Shown here: positions 15,001 to 26,500 of the stretch, in pieces | How positions within the stretch are numbered: the stretch's first letter is position 1 | Layout: each line of letters opens with the position of its first letter | Source: Mayamaea pseudoterrestris | Taxonomy: Eukaryota | Length of the DNA stretch: 64,000 nucleotides | Assembly (NCBI GenBank): GCA_027923505.1 | Contig: BROI01000015.1 | Coordinates: forward strand, 62,001 to 126,000 | Direction: 5' to 3' | The notes under the pieces: model-generated | What the model saw: only the letters and a program-made list of their open reading frames with translations | The model's database searches: none | What the model was told of the DNA's origin: nothing | Program-made: the position numbers and the translations under genes

Positions 15001-18000
15001 TGTCACCAGTCTCAGCCCCGCGATGCCGTGACATTCAAACGCCCCTACAGCAAGCCCTGTAGGTGTCCAAAATACACCAGAATGGTGCCCATCATTATTC
15101 AGGCTGTGCTACAAGATGGTAGGCTTGGCTGGTGTCTCAGGGGATGGCAATGTATTTGGTGACAACTTGTCACCAGTCTCAGCCCGCGGCCCGTGACATT
15201 CAAACGCCTACAGCAAGCCCTGTAGGTGCCCAAACTACACCAGAATGGTGCCAACATCAATATTCCTGCTGCGCTACAAGATGGTAGGCTTGGCTGGTGT
15301 CTCAGGGGATGGCAATGTGTTTGGTGACAACTTGTCACCAGTCTCAGCCCCGCAGATGCCGTGACATTCAAACGCCCCTACAGCAAGCCCTGTAGGTGCC
15401 CAAAATCCCAGAATGGTGCCAACATCATTATTCAGGCTGCGCTACAAGATGGTAGGCTTGGCTGGTGTCTCAGGGGATGGCAATGTGTTTGGTGACAACT
15501 TGTCACCAGTCTCAGCCCGCAGATGCCGTGACATTCAAACGCCCTACAGCAAGCCCTGTAGGTGCCCATAATACACCAGAATGGTGCCAACATCATTATT
15601 CAGGCTGCGCTACAAGATGGTAGGCTTGGCTGGTGTCTCAGGGATTGGCAATGTATTTGGTGACAACTTGTCACCAGTCTCAGCCCACAGATGCTGTGAC
15701 ATTCAAACGCCCTCAGCAAGCCCTGTAGGTGCCCAAAATACACCAGAATGGTGCCAACTTCATTATTCAGGCTGCGCTACAAGATGGTAGGCTTGGCTGG
15801 TGTCTCAGGGGATGGCAATGTATTTGGTGACAACTTGTCACCAGTCTCACCGCAGATGCCGTGACATTCAAACGCCCCTACAGCAAGCCCTGTTGGTGCC
15901 CAAAATACACCAGAATGGTGCCAACATCATTATTCCGGCTGCGCTACAAGATGGTGGCTTGGCTGGTGTCTCAGGGATGGCAATGTATTTGGTGACAACT
16001 TGTCACCAGTCTCAGCCCCGCGATGCCGCGACATTCAAACGCCCCTACAGCAAGCCCTGTAGGTGCCCAAAATACACCAGAATGGTGCCAACATCAGTAT
16101 TCAGGCTGCGCTACAAGATGGTAGGCTTGGCTGGTGTCTCAGGGGATGGCAATGTATTTGGTGACAACTTGTCACCAGTCTCAGCCCGCAGATGCCGTGA
16201 CATTCAAACGCCCCTACAGCCAAGCCCTGTGGTGCCCAAAATACCCAGAATGGTGCCAACATCATTATTCAGGCTGCGCTACAAGATGGTGGCTTGGCTG
16301 GTGTCTCGGGTGGCAATGTATTTGGTGACAGCTTGTCACCAGTTCCGATGCCGTGCATTCAAACGCCCCTACAGCAAGCCCTGTAGGTGCCCAAATTACA
16401 CCAGAATGGTGCCACATCGTTCTTCAGGCTGCGCTACAAGATGGTAGGCTTGGCTGGTGTCTCGGGGGTGGCAATGTTTTGGTGCAACTTGTCACCAGTC
16501 TCGCCCGCGGATGCCGTGACATTCAAACGCCCCTACAGCAAGCCCTGTAGGTGCCCAAAATACACCAGAATGGTGCCAACATCATTATTCAGGCTGTGCT
16601 ACAGGATGGTAAGCTTAGCCGGTGTCTCAGGCGATGCAAATTTATTTGGTGACAACTTGTCCCCATGCTCACCCGCAGATGCCGTGACATTCAAATGCCC
16701 CTACAGCAAGCCCTGTAGGTGCCCAAATTACACCAGAATGGTGCCAACATCATTATTCAGGCTGCGCTACAAGATGGTAGGCTTGGCTGGTGTCTCAGGG
16801 GATGGCAATGTATTTGGTGACAACTCGTCACCAGTCTCAGCCACCAGATGCCGTGACATTCAAACGCCCCTACAGCAGCCCTGTGGTGCCCAAATACACC
16901 AGAATGTTGCCAACATCATCATTCAGGCTGCGCTACAAGATGGTAGGCTTGGCTGGTGTCTCAGGGGATGGCAATGTATTTGGGCAACTTGTCACCAGTC
17001 TCGCCCGCAGATGCCGTGACATTCAAACGCCCCTACAGCAAGCCCTGTAGGTGCCCAAATTACACCAGGATGGTGCCAACATCATTATTTAGGCTGCGCT
17101 ACAAGATGGTAGGCTTGGCTGGTGTCTCAGGGATGGCAATGTTTTGGTGACAACTTGTCACCAGTCTCAGCCCCAGATGCGCGCGACATTCAAACGCCCC
17201 TACAGCAAGCCCTGTAGGTGCCCTCCAAAACACCAGAGTGGTGCCAACATCTTATTAGGCTGCGCTACACGTGGTAGGCTTGGCTGGTGTCTCAGGGGAT
17301 GGCAATGTATTTGGTGACAACTTGTCACCAGTCTCAGCTGCACAGATGCCGTGACATTCAAACGCCCCTACAGCAAGCCCTGTTGGTGCCCAAAATACAC
17401 CAGAATGGTGCCAACATCATTAATCAAGCTGTGCTACAAGATGGTCAGCTTGGCTGGTTTCTCAGGGGATAGCAATGTATTTGGTGACAACTTGTCACCA
17501 GTCTCAGCTGCACAGATGCCATGACATTCAAACGCCCCTACAGCGAGCCCTGTAGGAGCCCAAAATACACCAGAATGGTGCCAACATCATTATTCAGGCT
17601 GCGCTACAAGATGGTCCGGGTGGCATTTGGTGCCGTCACAGTCTCAGCCCGCTGCCGCGACATTCAAACACCCCCCCTGTGGTGCCCAAAATACACCAGG
17701 AATGGTGCCAACATCATTATTCAGGCTGCGCTACAAGATGGTAGGCTTGGCTGGTGTCTCGGGGATGGCAATGTATTTGGTGACAACTTGTCGCCAGTCT
17801 CAGCCCCGCAATGCCGTGACATTCAAAGCCCTACAGCAAGCCCTGTAGGTGCCCAAAATACACCAGGATGGTGCCAACATCATTAATCAGGCAGCGCTAC
17901 AAGATGGTAGGCTTGGCTGGTGTCTCAGGGATGGCAATGTATTTGGTGACAACTTGTCCAGTCTCACCGCAGATGCCGTGACATTCAAGCGCCCCTACAG

Positions 18001-19890
18001 CAAGCCCTGTAGGTGCCCCCCAAAACACCAGTGGTGCCAACATATTATTCAGGCTCGCTACACGATGGTAGGCTTGGCTGGTGTCTCGGGGGATGGCAAT
18101 GTATTTGGTGACAACTTGTCACCAGTCTCCCACCAGATGCCGTGACATTCAAACGCCCTACAGCAAGCCCTGTAGGTGCCCAAATTACACCAGAATGGTG
18201 CCAGCATCATTATTCGGCTGCGCTACAAGAGGTGGCTTGGCTGGTGTCTCGGGGATGGCAATGTATTTGGTGACAACTTGTCACCAGTCTCCCCCAGATG
18301 CCGTGACATTCAAACGCCCCTACAGCAAGCCCTGTAGGTGCCCCAAATTACACCAGAATGGTGCCAACATCATTATTCAGGCTGCGCTACAAGATGGTGG
18401 CTTGGCTGGTGTCTCAGGGATGGCAATGTATTTGGTGACAACTTGTCACCAGTCTCAGCCGCAGATGCCGTGACATTCAAACGCCCCTACAGCAGCCCTG
18501 TAGGTGCCCAAAATACACCAGAATGGTGCCAACATCATTATTCGGGCTGCGCTACAAGATGGTGGCTTGGCTGGTGTCTCAGGGCATGGCAATGTATTTG
18601 GTGACAACTTGTCACCGTCTGCGCCCGCAGACGCCGTGACATTCGCCCCTCCGCAAGCCCTGTGGGTGCCCAGACACCAGGATGGTGCCAGCATCATTAT
18701 TCCGGCTGCGCTACAGATGGTGGCTTGTCTGGTGTCTCGGGGTGGGAATGTATTTGGTGACTTGTCTGTCTCCTGATGCCGCGACATTCAAACGCCCTGC
18801 TCGCCCTGTCGGTGCCCAAATTCCCGGTGTCTCTTTCAGGCTGCGCTACAAGATGGTGCTTGGAAACTGGTGTCTCAAGGGTTGGCAATGTATTTGGTGA
18901 CATTTTGTCACCAGTCTCCCACGTGCCGCGACATTCGCCCGGCCAACCCAGACAGAATGTTGCAATTATTCCTCGCTCAGTGGGGCGCATTTTTGGTGAC
19001 AACTTGTCTCCGTCTCCATTGTGTCGCGACATTCAACGCCCCTCCGCCCATTCGCAGCATGGTGCCAACATCATTATTCAGGCTGCGCTACAAGTTGGTG
19101 AGGCTTGAGCTGGTGTCTCGGGGATGGCAATGTATTTGGTGACGGCTTGTCACCAGTCTCCCCGCAGATTCCGCGACATTCAAACGCCCTACAGCAAGCC
19201 CTGTAGGTGCCCAAATTTCACCAGAATGGTGCCAACATCATTATCAGGCTGCGCTACAGATGGTAGGCTTGACTGGTGTCTCAGGGGATGGCAATGTATT
19301 TGGTGACAACTGTTCACTCCACCCCTCACCCTGTCATACCTGCCAATCGTATTCGGCTGCGCTACAGTGGTATGTGATTTGGTGACAACTTGTCGCCAGT
19401 CTCAGCCTGCGGATGCCGCGACATTCTGCGCCGCCCTACCAAGCCCTGTAGGTGCCCAAATACCGTGCCAATCATTATTCGGCTGCGCTACAGATGGTAG
19501 GCTTGGCTGGTGTCTCGGGGATGGCAATGTCTTTGTGACACTTCTGCGCAGATGCCGGACATTCAACTGCCCCTACAGCAAGCCCTGTGGTGCCCAAATT
19601 CTCCAGATGGTGCCAACACATCTTTTCTAGGCTGCGCTACAAGTGGTTGGCTTGGCTGGTGTCTCAGGGGATGGCAATGTATTTGGTGCGACTTGTCCCA
19701 GTCTCAGCCCAGATGCCTTGACATTCAAACGCCCCTACGCAACCCTGTATGCCCAAATTCACGGTGCCCATCCTATTCCAGCTGCGCTACAAAGCCGTGT
19801 CCAATTTCCTGGCAGTCTTTGGTCTGTCCCCCCCGTGCTGTGACATTCAAACACTTTTTGGCAGGCCATGACCCAAATGACACCAGAATG
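1..19890 (+). repeat. 169-bp satellite tandem array, forward polarity (continues past window start); candidate centromeric/pericentromeric satellite
   Basis: Monomer ...ccgtgacattcaaacgcccctacagcaagccctgtaggtgcccaaaatacaccagaatggtgccaacatcattattcaggctgcgctacaagatggtaggcttggctggtgtctcaggggatggcaatgtatttggtgacaacttgtcaccagtctcagcccgcagatg recurs with a 169-nt period (ORF-track starts 1308, 1477, 1646...). Centromeric role is inference only. Confidence 0.97.
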
Positions 19891-19894
19891 TGCC

Positions 19895-20213
19895 AACTAG
19901 ACCATCCCACATGTCAAAGCACCCTGGACATGTTTTTCCTGACTCATTGGGTTGTTGGGGAAGTAGGGCACATGGCATAGGTGGTATGATTCCATAATTT
20001 GGTTTACGCAACCTGCAGGCGATTCGTGTTGTAGTCCTCCAGGCAGTCCGTTTTTGCACCATTCAGACCATCCCCCATGTATTGGCACCGCCATGTCTGC
20101 TGACTCATTGGGTTGTTGGTGTAGGAGCTGGGCATTGTAGTGAGTATGATTCCATTATTTGAGGTGTTGGCCACACCCAGCCTGCAGACCATTCCATGGT
20201 GTAGGCCTCAGGC
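19895..20213 (+). repeat. Degenerate copies (~2 units) of the 172/180-bp repeat family also seen at 31787-32502
   Basis: Contains caccctggacatgttttt-ctgactcattgggttgttggg, tatgattccataattt and gtaggcctc-aggc motifs in the same orientation as the 31787-32502 array; noisy. Confidence 0.8.
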
Positions 20214-20505
20214 CGACAGCAATGGCTGCACTAGCAAATGCTTCTCACTCAATAGGATTTAATGGAGACTGTTATTAAGAGCAACAACAAGAGCAAAGGA
20301 CTCGAGTAATTGCAACTGCTACAACAACGAAGGCGTTGGTGATTAACTGAGAGGATTTAATTAACTGCTATTGATTTACCTCGCTCGCCCATCGTGGGCA
20401 TCACGATTGCTCGTCCACGATGCCGTTGGGGCGTCAACTTACACATATAGTAAGAGAGGTGCTTGCACCTCGGTAGGAAGGTAGGATACACCTTCAACTT
20501 CGACT
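20214..20505 (-). repeat. 3' LTR (truncated at its distal end)
   Basis: 292-bp match to 28221-28512; lacks the terminal CTGGAAATCTTCACT present in the 5' LTR. Confidence 0.9.
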
Positions 20506-20520
20506 CTCCCTCGCTATCTC
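20506..20520 (-). other. Polypurine tract
   Basis: GAGATAGCGAGGGAG on the minus strand, between the pol stop codon and the 3' LTR. Confidence 0.75.
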
Positions 20521-20528
20521 GTGCTGGG

Positions 20529-23500
20529 TTAATTGCGCTGGACAGCTAAGCGATTCTTGATGAAGGAATCACGTGGGAGGCCCTTTGTCAGATAGTCTGC
20601 TAACTGGTTGGTCGTGTCGACCTTAAGGACTTCAAATTCACCGCGCTTGTAATGGCTCCAGAACCAATGGAACTTGACCAGAAAGTACTTAGTGCGGTTG
20701 GTCAACTTGTGGTTGATGGCTAAATAGTAGGCGCCTTGATTGTCTTCAAAGACGCGAGCCTTGATGGAAGTCTTGAGAGGGGATGGCACATCTAGAACGG
20801 CAATCACCTCGGATAGAATTCGCTTTAAAGGAAGCAAAGTCTTGAGGGCAAAGGAGAGGGCGCTGTACTCGGCTTCAAGAGTCGAGAGCGAAATCTCCGT
20901 CTGCAACTGGGATTTCCACACTAACGGACAACCAGACAGCAAGATGATGTACCCAGTGCGGGATCGAACTGAGACTGGCAATTCATCTGGTTCCCGTCGA
21001 TGGAGACCGGCAAAATCAGCATCAACGTAGAGATCTAAGGCGAGAGTTCCCGTTGGCTTGATAACTGTGCCATGATTACGCGTGCCTTTGAGGTAGCGCA
21101 CAATCATTTTAACTGCAGCGGCATGAGACTGCTTTGGAGCAGCATTGAACCGAGCAGCTTGACTGACAGCGTATGCGATGTCGGGTCGAGTATTGATTGA
21201 CAAGTAAAGTAGCATTCCAACAATGGACGAGTAGCCCCAAGTTTCCTTCATGCCGGGACCATGGGGATCCGAGCCGAGAGCCAAGAGACTTGTTGGTGTC
21301 AAAGTTGGATTGCAATTAGTCATATTGGCAGACGCAACAATCTTGTCAATCAATCCTGGCTGGGTCAAGGTAATGGTACCTGCCTTGTCGTCGCGCTCCA
21401 TTTTAATTCCAAGGTATTCACACAGGGAGTCTTCCTTGGTAAGCTCAAAACCGAGAGCGCGAAGCTTTTCAATGAAGGCATCGACAAGCTTGGATGTCTT
21501 AGCGACAAAGATGGAATCGTCCACAAAGCAACACATCACCAAGTTCTTTCCATAGAACAAACAAGGATCAAAGTAGCTTTGTTTCAGACCGAGCTTGATA
21601 AGGGCTGCCTTCAAATGCTCAAACCATAGCCGAGGGGCTACAGTCAATCCGTAAAGACTCTTTAGGAGGCGCAAACACATGCCGGAGCCTTTACTCGTGT
21701 GAAAACCTCGAGGGAGATGGATCCACACTGGATCATGGAGCTCGGCTTGGACAAATGCACTGGCAAAATCCGTGGAGCAAGCATACCAGTTAAGGTTAAG
21801 GGCTAGAATCAACATCAATCGGATGGTCGACCATGCCACAACTGGTGCGTACGTTTCAAAGTCGCCTTCTTGCAGATCACCTCGAACGCAATAGCGAGCT
21901 TTGTATTTCTTAATCGTCCCATCTGGGGAGCGCTTACGGCGAAACACCCAAGTACCTGGAAGAATTTTGGTCTTGGCTTCCGACTTGGGGACTTCAGTCC
22001 ATGTTCCTTTGGACTCCAACGATTGAATCTCCTTCTCGGCGGCAGCTTGCCAATGCTTCACATGAGCATGATCAGCCATGGCTTGATCCCAAGTTAAAGT
22101 ATCTGGATCCGATGCGGCAGCCTTGTAGAGGGCTGGAGCAGCAATATTAAACGCAGCAAAGTAGGAGACGAAACTGGCGTCACAAACTGACTCGATTTGG
22201 GCTCCGGAGGCGTCGTAAGAGAGGCGGGATGGCTTCTTAGAGGCGCGACTGGAACGGCGAGTACTTGGCGTAGCTGTTGGAGCTGGTGGATTCTCCCTCG
22301 GAGACTCATTGTTGGAGACCGAAGATGGCGATGGATCAGCTGGCAGCTCCCTTGGAGGCGAAGATTCATCTTGCACTTCAATTGGAAGCTCCCTCGGAGA
22401 CTCGGGCTCCCTCGCTTGGGCGGGCTCTTGGCTTGGTGCTGACGAAGGCGGCGCTGGCAACTCAGCAGGAGGAGGGACTTGCAAATCTCGAGGAGGAGCA
22501 TGGCGCTCAAAAGCATCCCGAACGGCATCCGCTCGAGTGGAGACGGCAGGCTCAGGCTCGAATTCAGCAGAAGCAATGGCTTCATCTTCATCATCCAATG
22601 GGATATACTGAAGAGACGTGTTTCCAAAGAGATTATACCACTCAGTGGAGGCAAAATCCGGCATTTGCGACTCAGTTACAGCCACAGTGGCAAACCAATC
22701 ATCAAAGACGACGTGAAACTGCGGCGTAATGGCGCCCGAGTGCGGATTTAAAACCAAAGGAACGGAGCTAGCATGGGCTTCACTCATTCCAACAAAGATG
22801 CAGCGATGGGACCGCGGCTGCCAACGGGGCAACTTGTGGCCGTCCGATATCGTTTTATCAAGGACATATACTGGAGACCCCCAAACGTGCAAGTCATGGA
22901 ACTTGGAATGGGGCCATCGAGTGCGAGTAAAGATATCTTGGGGAGAAAGGCCGCTCTGTAGATTAGGGACCTTGTTCCAAAGATACACGGCATGCTTGGT
23001 GACCATGGGCCAAAGTGAAACATCGGCGACATCGGGCCAATGGATCTTAGCATGCATCAACATGGCGCGCGAAATAGACATAATGGTCTGTATGCAACGC
23101 TCGGCAATCCCATTATGATGGTGAGCGCCGACTCCAGCAAGCGCACTGACTTGATGGAAAGTTGTAAGATGCTTGGAGAAGCCTTGTGACGTAAAGGCAC
23201 CACCATTGTCGGAGAGATACTCGAGGGGAATGACTCCAACATCACGGCAGAACAACTCGAAAGCTTCTTTAGATCTTAATGTATCATCCGTATTTAAATG
23301 CTGTTGCAGCTCAAGATGAACGTAGCCGGATGCATGATCAACAAACACACATCCTCCAGTGTTCATGGCAGTTTCCTTTGTCTTGCCACGCGAGGAGAAA
23401 AGGCGTCCTTTTGTAGAGCAAACAAAGTGATCAACGGAGATGCGCTGGCCTGGGAGAAGGTTGTCTCGGCGCAAAGCATCAACTCGGTCTTTAACAACTT

Positions 23501-26500
23501 TGGTTGTTTGACCAGGAGAGGAACGCACTCGCTGCTTGGCATACATGCAGGCGGTGCACTTGGGGCATGGCTGCAAAGTTGCGCAAGCTCTATGGAGACG
23601 GCGTGCCGACTCAGAATTAGCAAGCGTTCCACCACGCATTAGAAACTGAATGGTTTTAAAGTTCAAATGGCCAAGACGGAAATGCCAACGGAGCAATTCC
23701 TTTTCAGCCTCAGACAAGTTGGTATTCGAGCTGGCGACGGTGGAGCTTTGGCTTGGCGGTGGTCTTGGCTCACGGCGAGGGCGTCTGGTGGGCGCACTTG
23801 CTCCTCCATCACTTGGAGGACCATCGGCTGGCGGTGGACCGCGCGGCGGCTGCTGAGCAGGAGCTGGACCAGGACCAGGACCAGGCGGAGGCAAAGGCGC
23901 CTCGCCAGCGCTGTAAGAACTTGGCATGCCACTGAGATCGTATGCGATAGCAGTCGGCAAGTTGGTAAGAGGATCAATTGGAGCCTCAACACCATCATTC
24001 GTTATAGAGCCATCCTTGTGGACTCGCTCCACAGAACCGCTCAAGTAGATAGCTCGGCGATCGGCATATATAACTTCATTTGGATACTGTTGCAGCAATC
24101 CTGGCATACTCAACAGACGCACTTTGGCCTCAGGAATCCAGTATGCTGGAACCTTTACTGTGCGAAGCATGCCTCCATTGTCAAGAAAGCTCCAGGCGAC
24201 AAACCCTTTGCCTTTAACTCGACCATCTTTGAAGAGACCATTCAAACGAACAGTTGGCGCTGGCTGAATGGGGCCAACAAAGTCGTCGCGGCTTGGCGAA
24301 ATGGAGATGCTTGCTCCTGAATCCCAGATTACTGGCAGCATCTTGTCCTTCTCCTTGCACGGTGGTGCTGGCGGGGACTTGCGATATTTATTGTTAAAGA
24401 GAGATTGGCTCAATGTTGGTATATTCGGCTGGGCAGATTCCAAGTGGGACACTTGGTAGGCTTCTCCAAAATCGTCGAAATCTGAAAAATCCCCAAACAC
24501 AACAGACGCAAACACCTCTTGTGGCATTGGATCAATTGATTGAATTGAAGCTTGCGGCACTGGTGGAGGCAAAGGCGTTGGCGCCTTGTCAGTTTTAAAG
24601 CGGAACGGTTGACGCCGACTGGCTTGCCGCTCCCGATCTGCATGAGCTCTACTGAAGTAGGTGACTCCATCAGGCGTTGTAATCAATGGATCATTACGCC
24701 AGTGATCATTACGCCAATCACGATTGCGAATCCGATGGCGCTCTTCATATTGATAAAGAAGCGTATCATTTAGCCATGCGTTCCAATCTTCCTCTTGGGC
24801 GCGAAGGCGGTCACTGATTATATTCTCGTAAGCCTCATTAACTTGATTGGCAGCTTGAGCTTGTCGAAAGGTTGAACGGAGAGCCTCAGCGCGAGCATTA
24901 ATTACCAAGGGCGGAGCAACGGCAACTGCGTGGGCAGTCCGAGGGCGCCATGGTTGGTCGCTAGCTGGGCGACGGCGCGGCACTTGGCTTTGGTCTGGGC
25001 CTTGGCGAGGACGCTGGCGATGGCGCTGCGCTTGGTTTGGACTTGGGCGTGGGCGCTGTCCATGGTTTCGACCATTGCGATGATGCTGCTGAGCACGGTT
25101 TCTTGGTTGGACTCGAGCTGGGCCTCGTCTTCGAGCATGCAAATGCCATGGCTCTCCCTCGTTGGAAGGCAACCTGCATAAAATGGTGCGCAAGAAGGCA
25201 AGGCACTTGGCTTGGAGACGCAAAAACCAAGGGATTACCCGCTTCCGAAACCGACGGAGACGGTGAAACCGATGGAATAAGAAGCGGAACCGTTGGTACC
25301 TTGAAACAGAGCGACGATTGCGGCGATCTTGATGGAGATAGAAGCGACGATGGCGTCGATCCGAATGCCGAGGAGGCGTTGCAGGTGGCTTCCAAAATAT
25401 CAAGGCAATGGCGACACTAGTGAGCGTCAACCAAAGAAGCCCAGGCACCATCAAACGCCAATGATGGTAAATCAAACGGCCGATGACATGGACAAGAGAA
25501 AGGCTCTCGCAACCAACTGTCATGATGGAATGGCCAAGTTGATCAGCCAAATGGAGACTCTCGCCAAGGGCAGCTGTTGTATTGGCAAACTGCTGGGCCA
25601 CAGCAGTATGCAAAGCCTGAGTCTCAGTTGCGTTATTTGAACGAACAAGAGATGAAACAGTTCGAGTCACAGTGAAGAATGCCTCACTTAAAGTCGAATG
25701 GCTCACAGGCAGGTCCGAAGCTGGGCGCTTAACCAATCGAGCTGCTGAGCACGAATTCACCAAGCAAATCAATCCAATCATAAGCACAAATGAAAGTGCA
25801 CTTGGAGAGAGACTGCGAGAGCGACGGTAAAGCACCTTGTTTGGCTTGGTAGGGCGCTTGGCAGATGGCTCGGAGCTGGGGCTCGAAGGAGGCGTCCAAG
25901 CTGGAGCAGCAGGATTCAACTTAGCAATCTTTGCAGGGGGAGCGTTAACACCACTTGCAAGCTCCCTCGCTTGAATAGCTGCATTCCGAGCAAACTGCAC
26001 ATCAGACTCATAGCGATCATCACTAGGAGAGCGCTCAATATTGCAGAGCTTGGCGACAATGGCCGCTGGCGTATGCTCATCAATGATCATTGGATCATCG
26101 GCAACAATGGAAGCAATGGCATCCTCGCCGTCCACCATGGCAGACGCAATCTCGTCAATGACATCTTCTTCACCTTCTTCAAGAGAACAATCGTCATTGG
26201 CTAAAGCAAGGGCTTTGGCGTCAGCGGCGGCTTGGGCGCAAGCTGATGGATCCTCGATAGCTAGATAGGCAGCTGGCGTGTCAAACCAAGCAAGATGACC
26301 ACCATTGGGAGCAGCAGCCGGAGCAGATTTACTTTCAGTGTGCTCGTCAGTGCCATGGTTAAGTTGCCACTTGTTGCAATGCGCGCACCAATGGTAGGTC
26401 TTTCCTCCCTTTTCAATGGTAGATGGCTGCGATGCTGAAGGAGCAATTCGCCGCCATGGCGCATGGTAGTGATGGACATCGTCAATGGCCTTTGACAAAG

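Noticed and set aside
1..19890. CRISPR-like array of palindromic repeats
   Set aside because: No unique spacers (whole monomers repeat), no cas genes, eukaryotic context.
5900..20213. Patches of highly degenerate, C-rich or indel-rich monomers as biological decay
   Set aside because: Scattered 1-2 nt indels interleaved with perfect monomers look like unpolished long-read error; cannot be trusted without reads.
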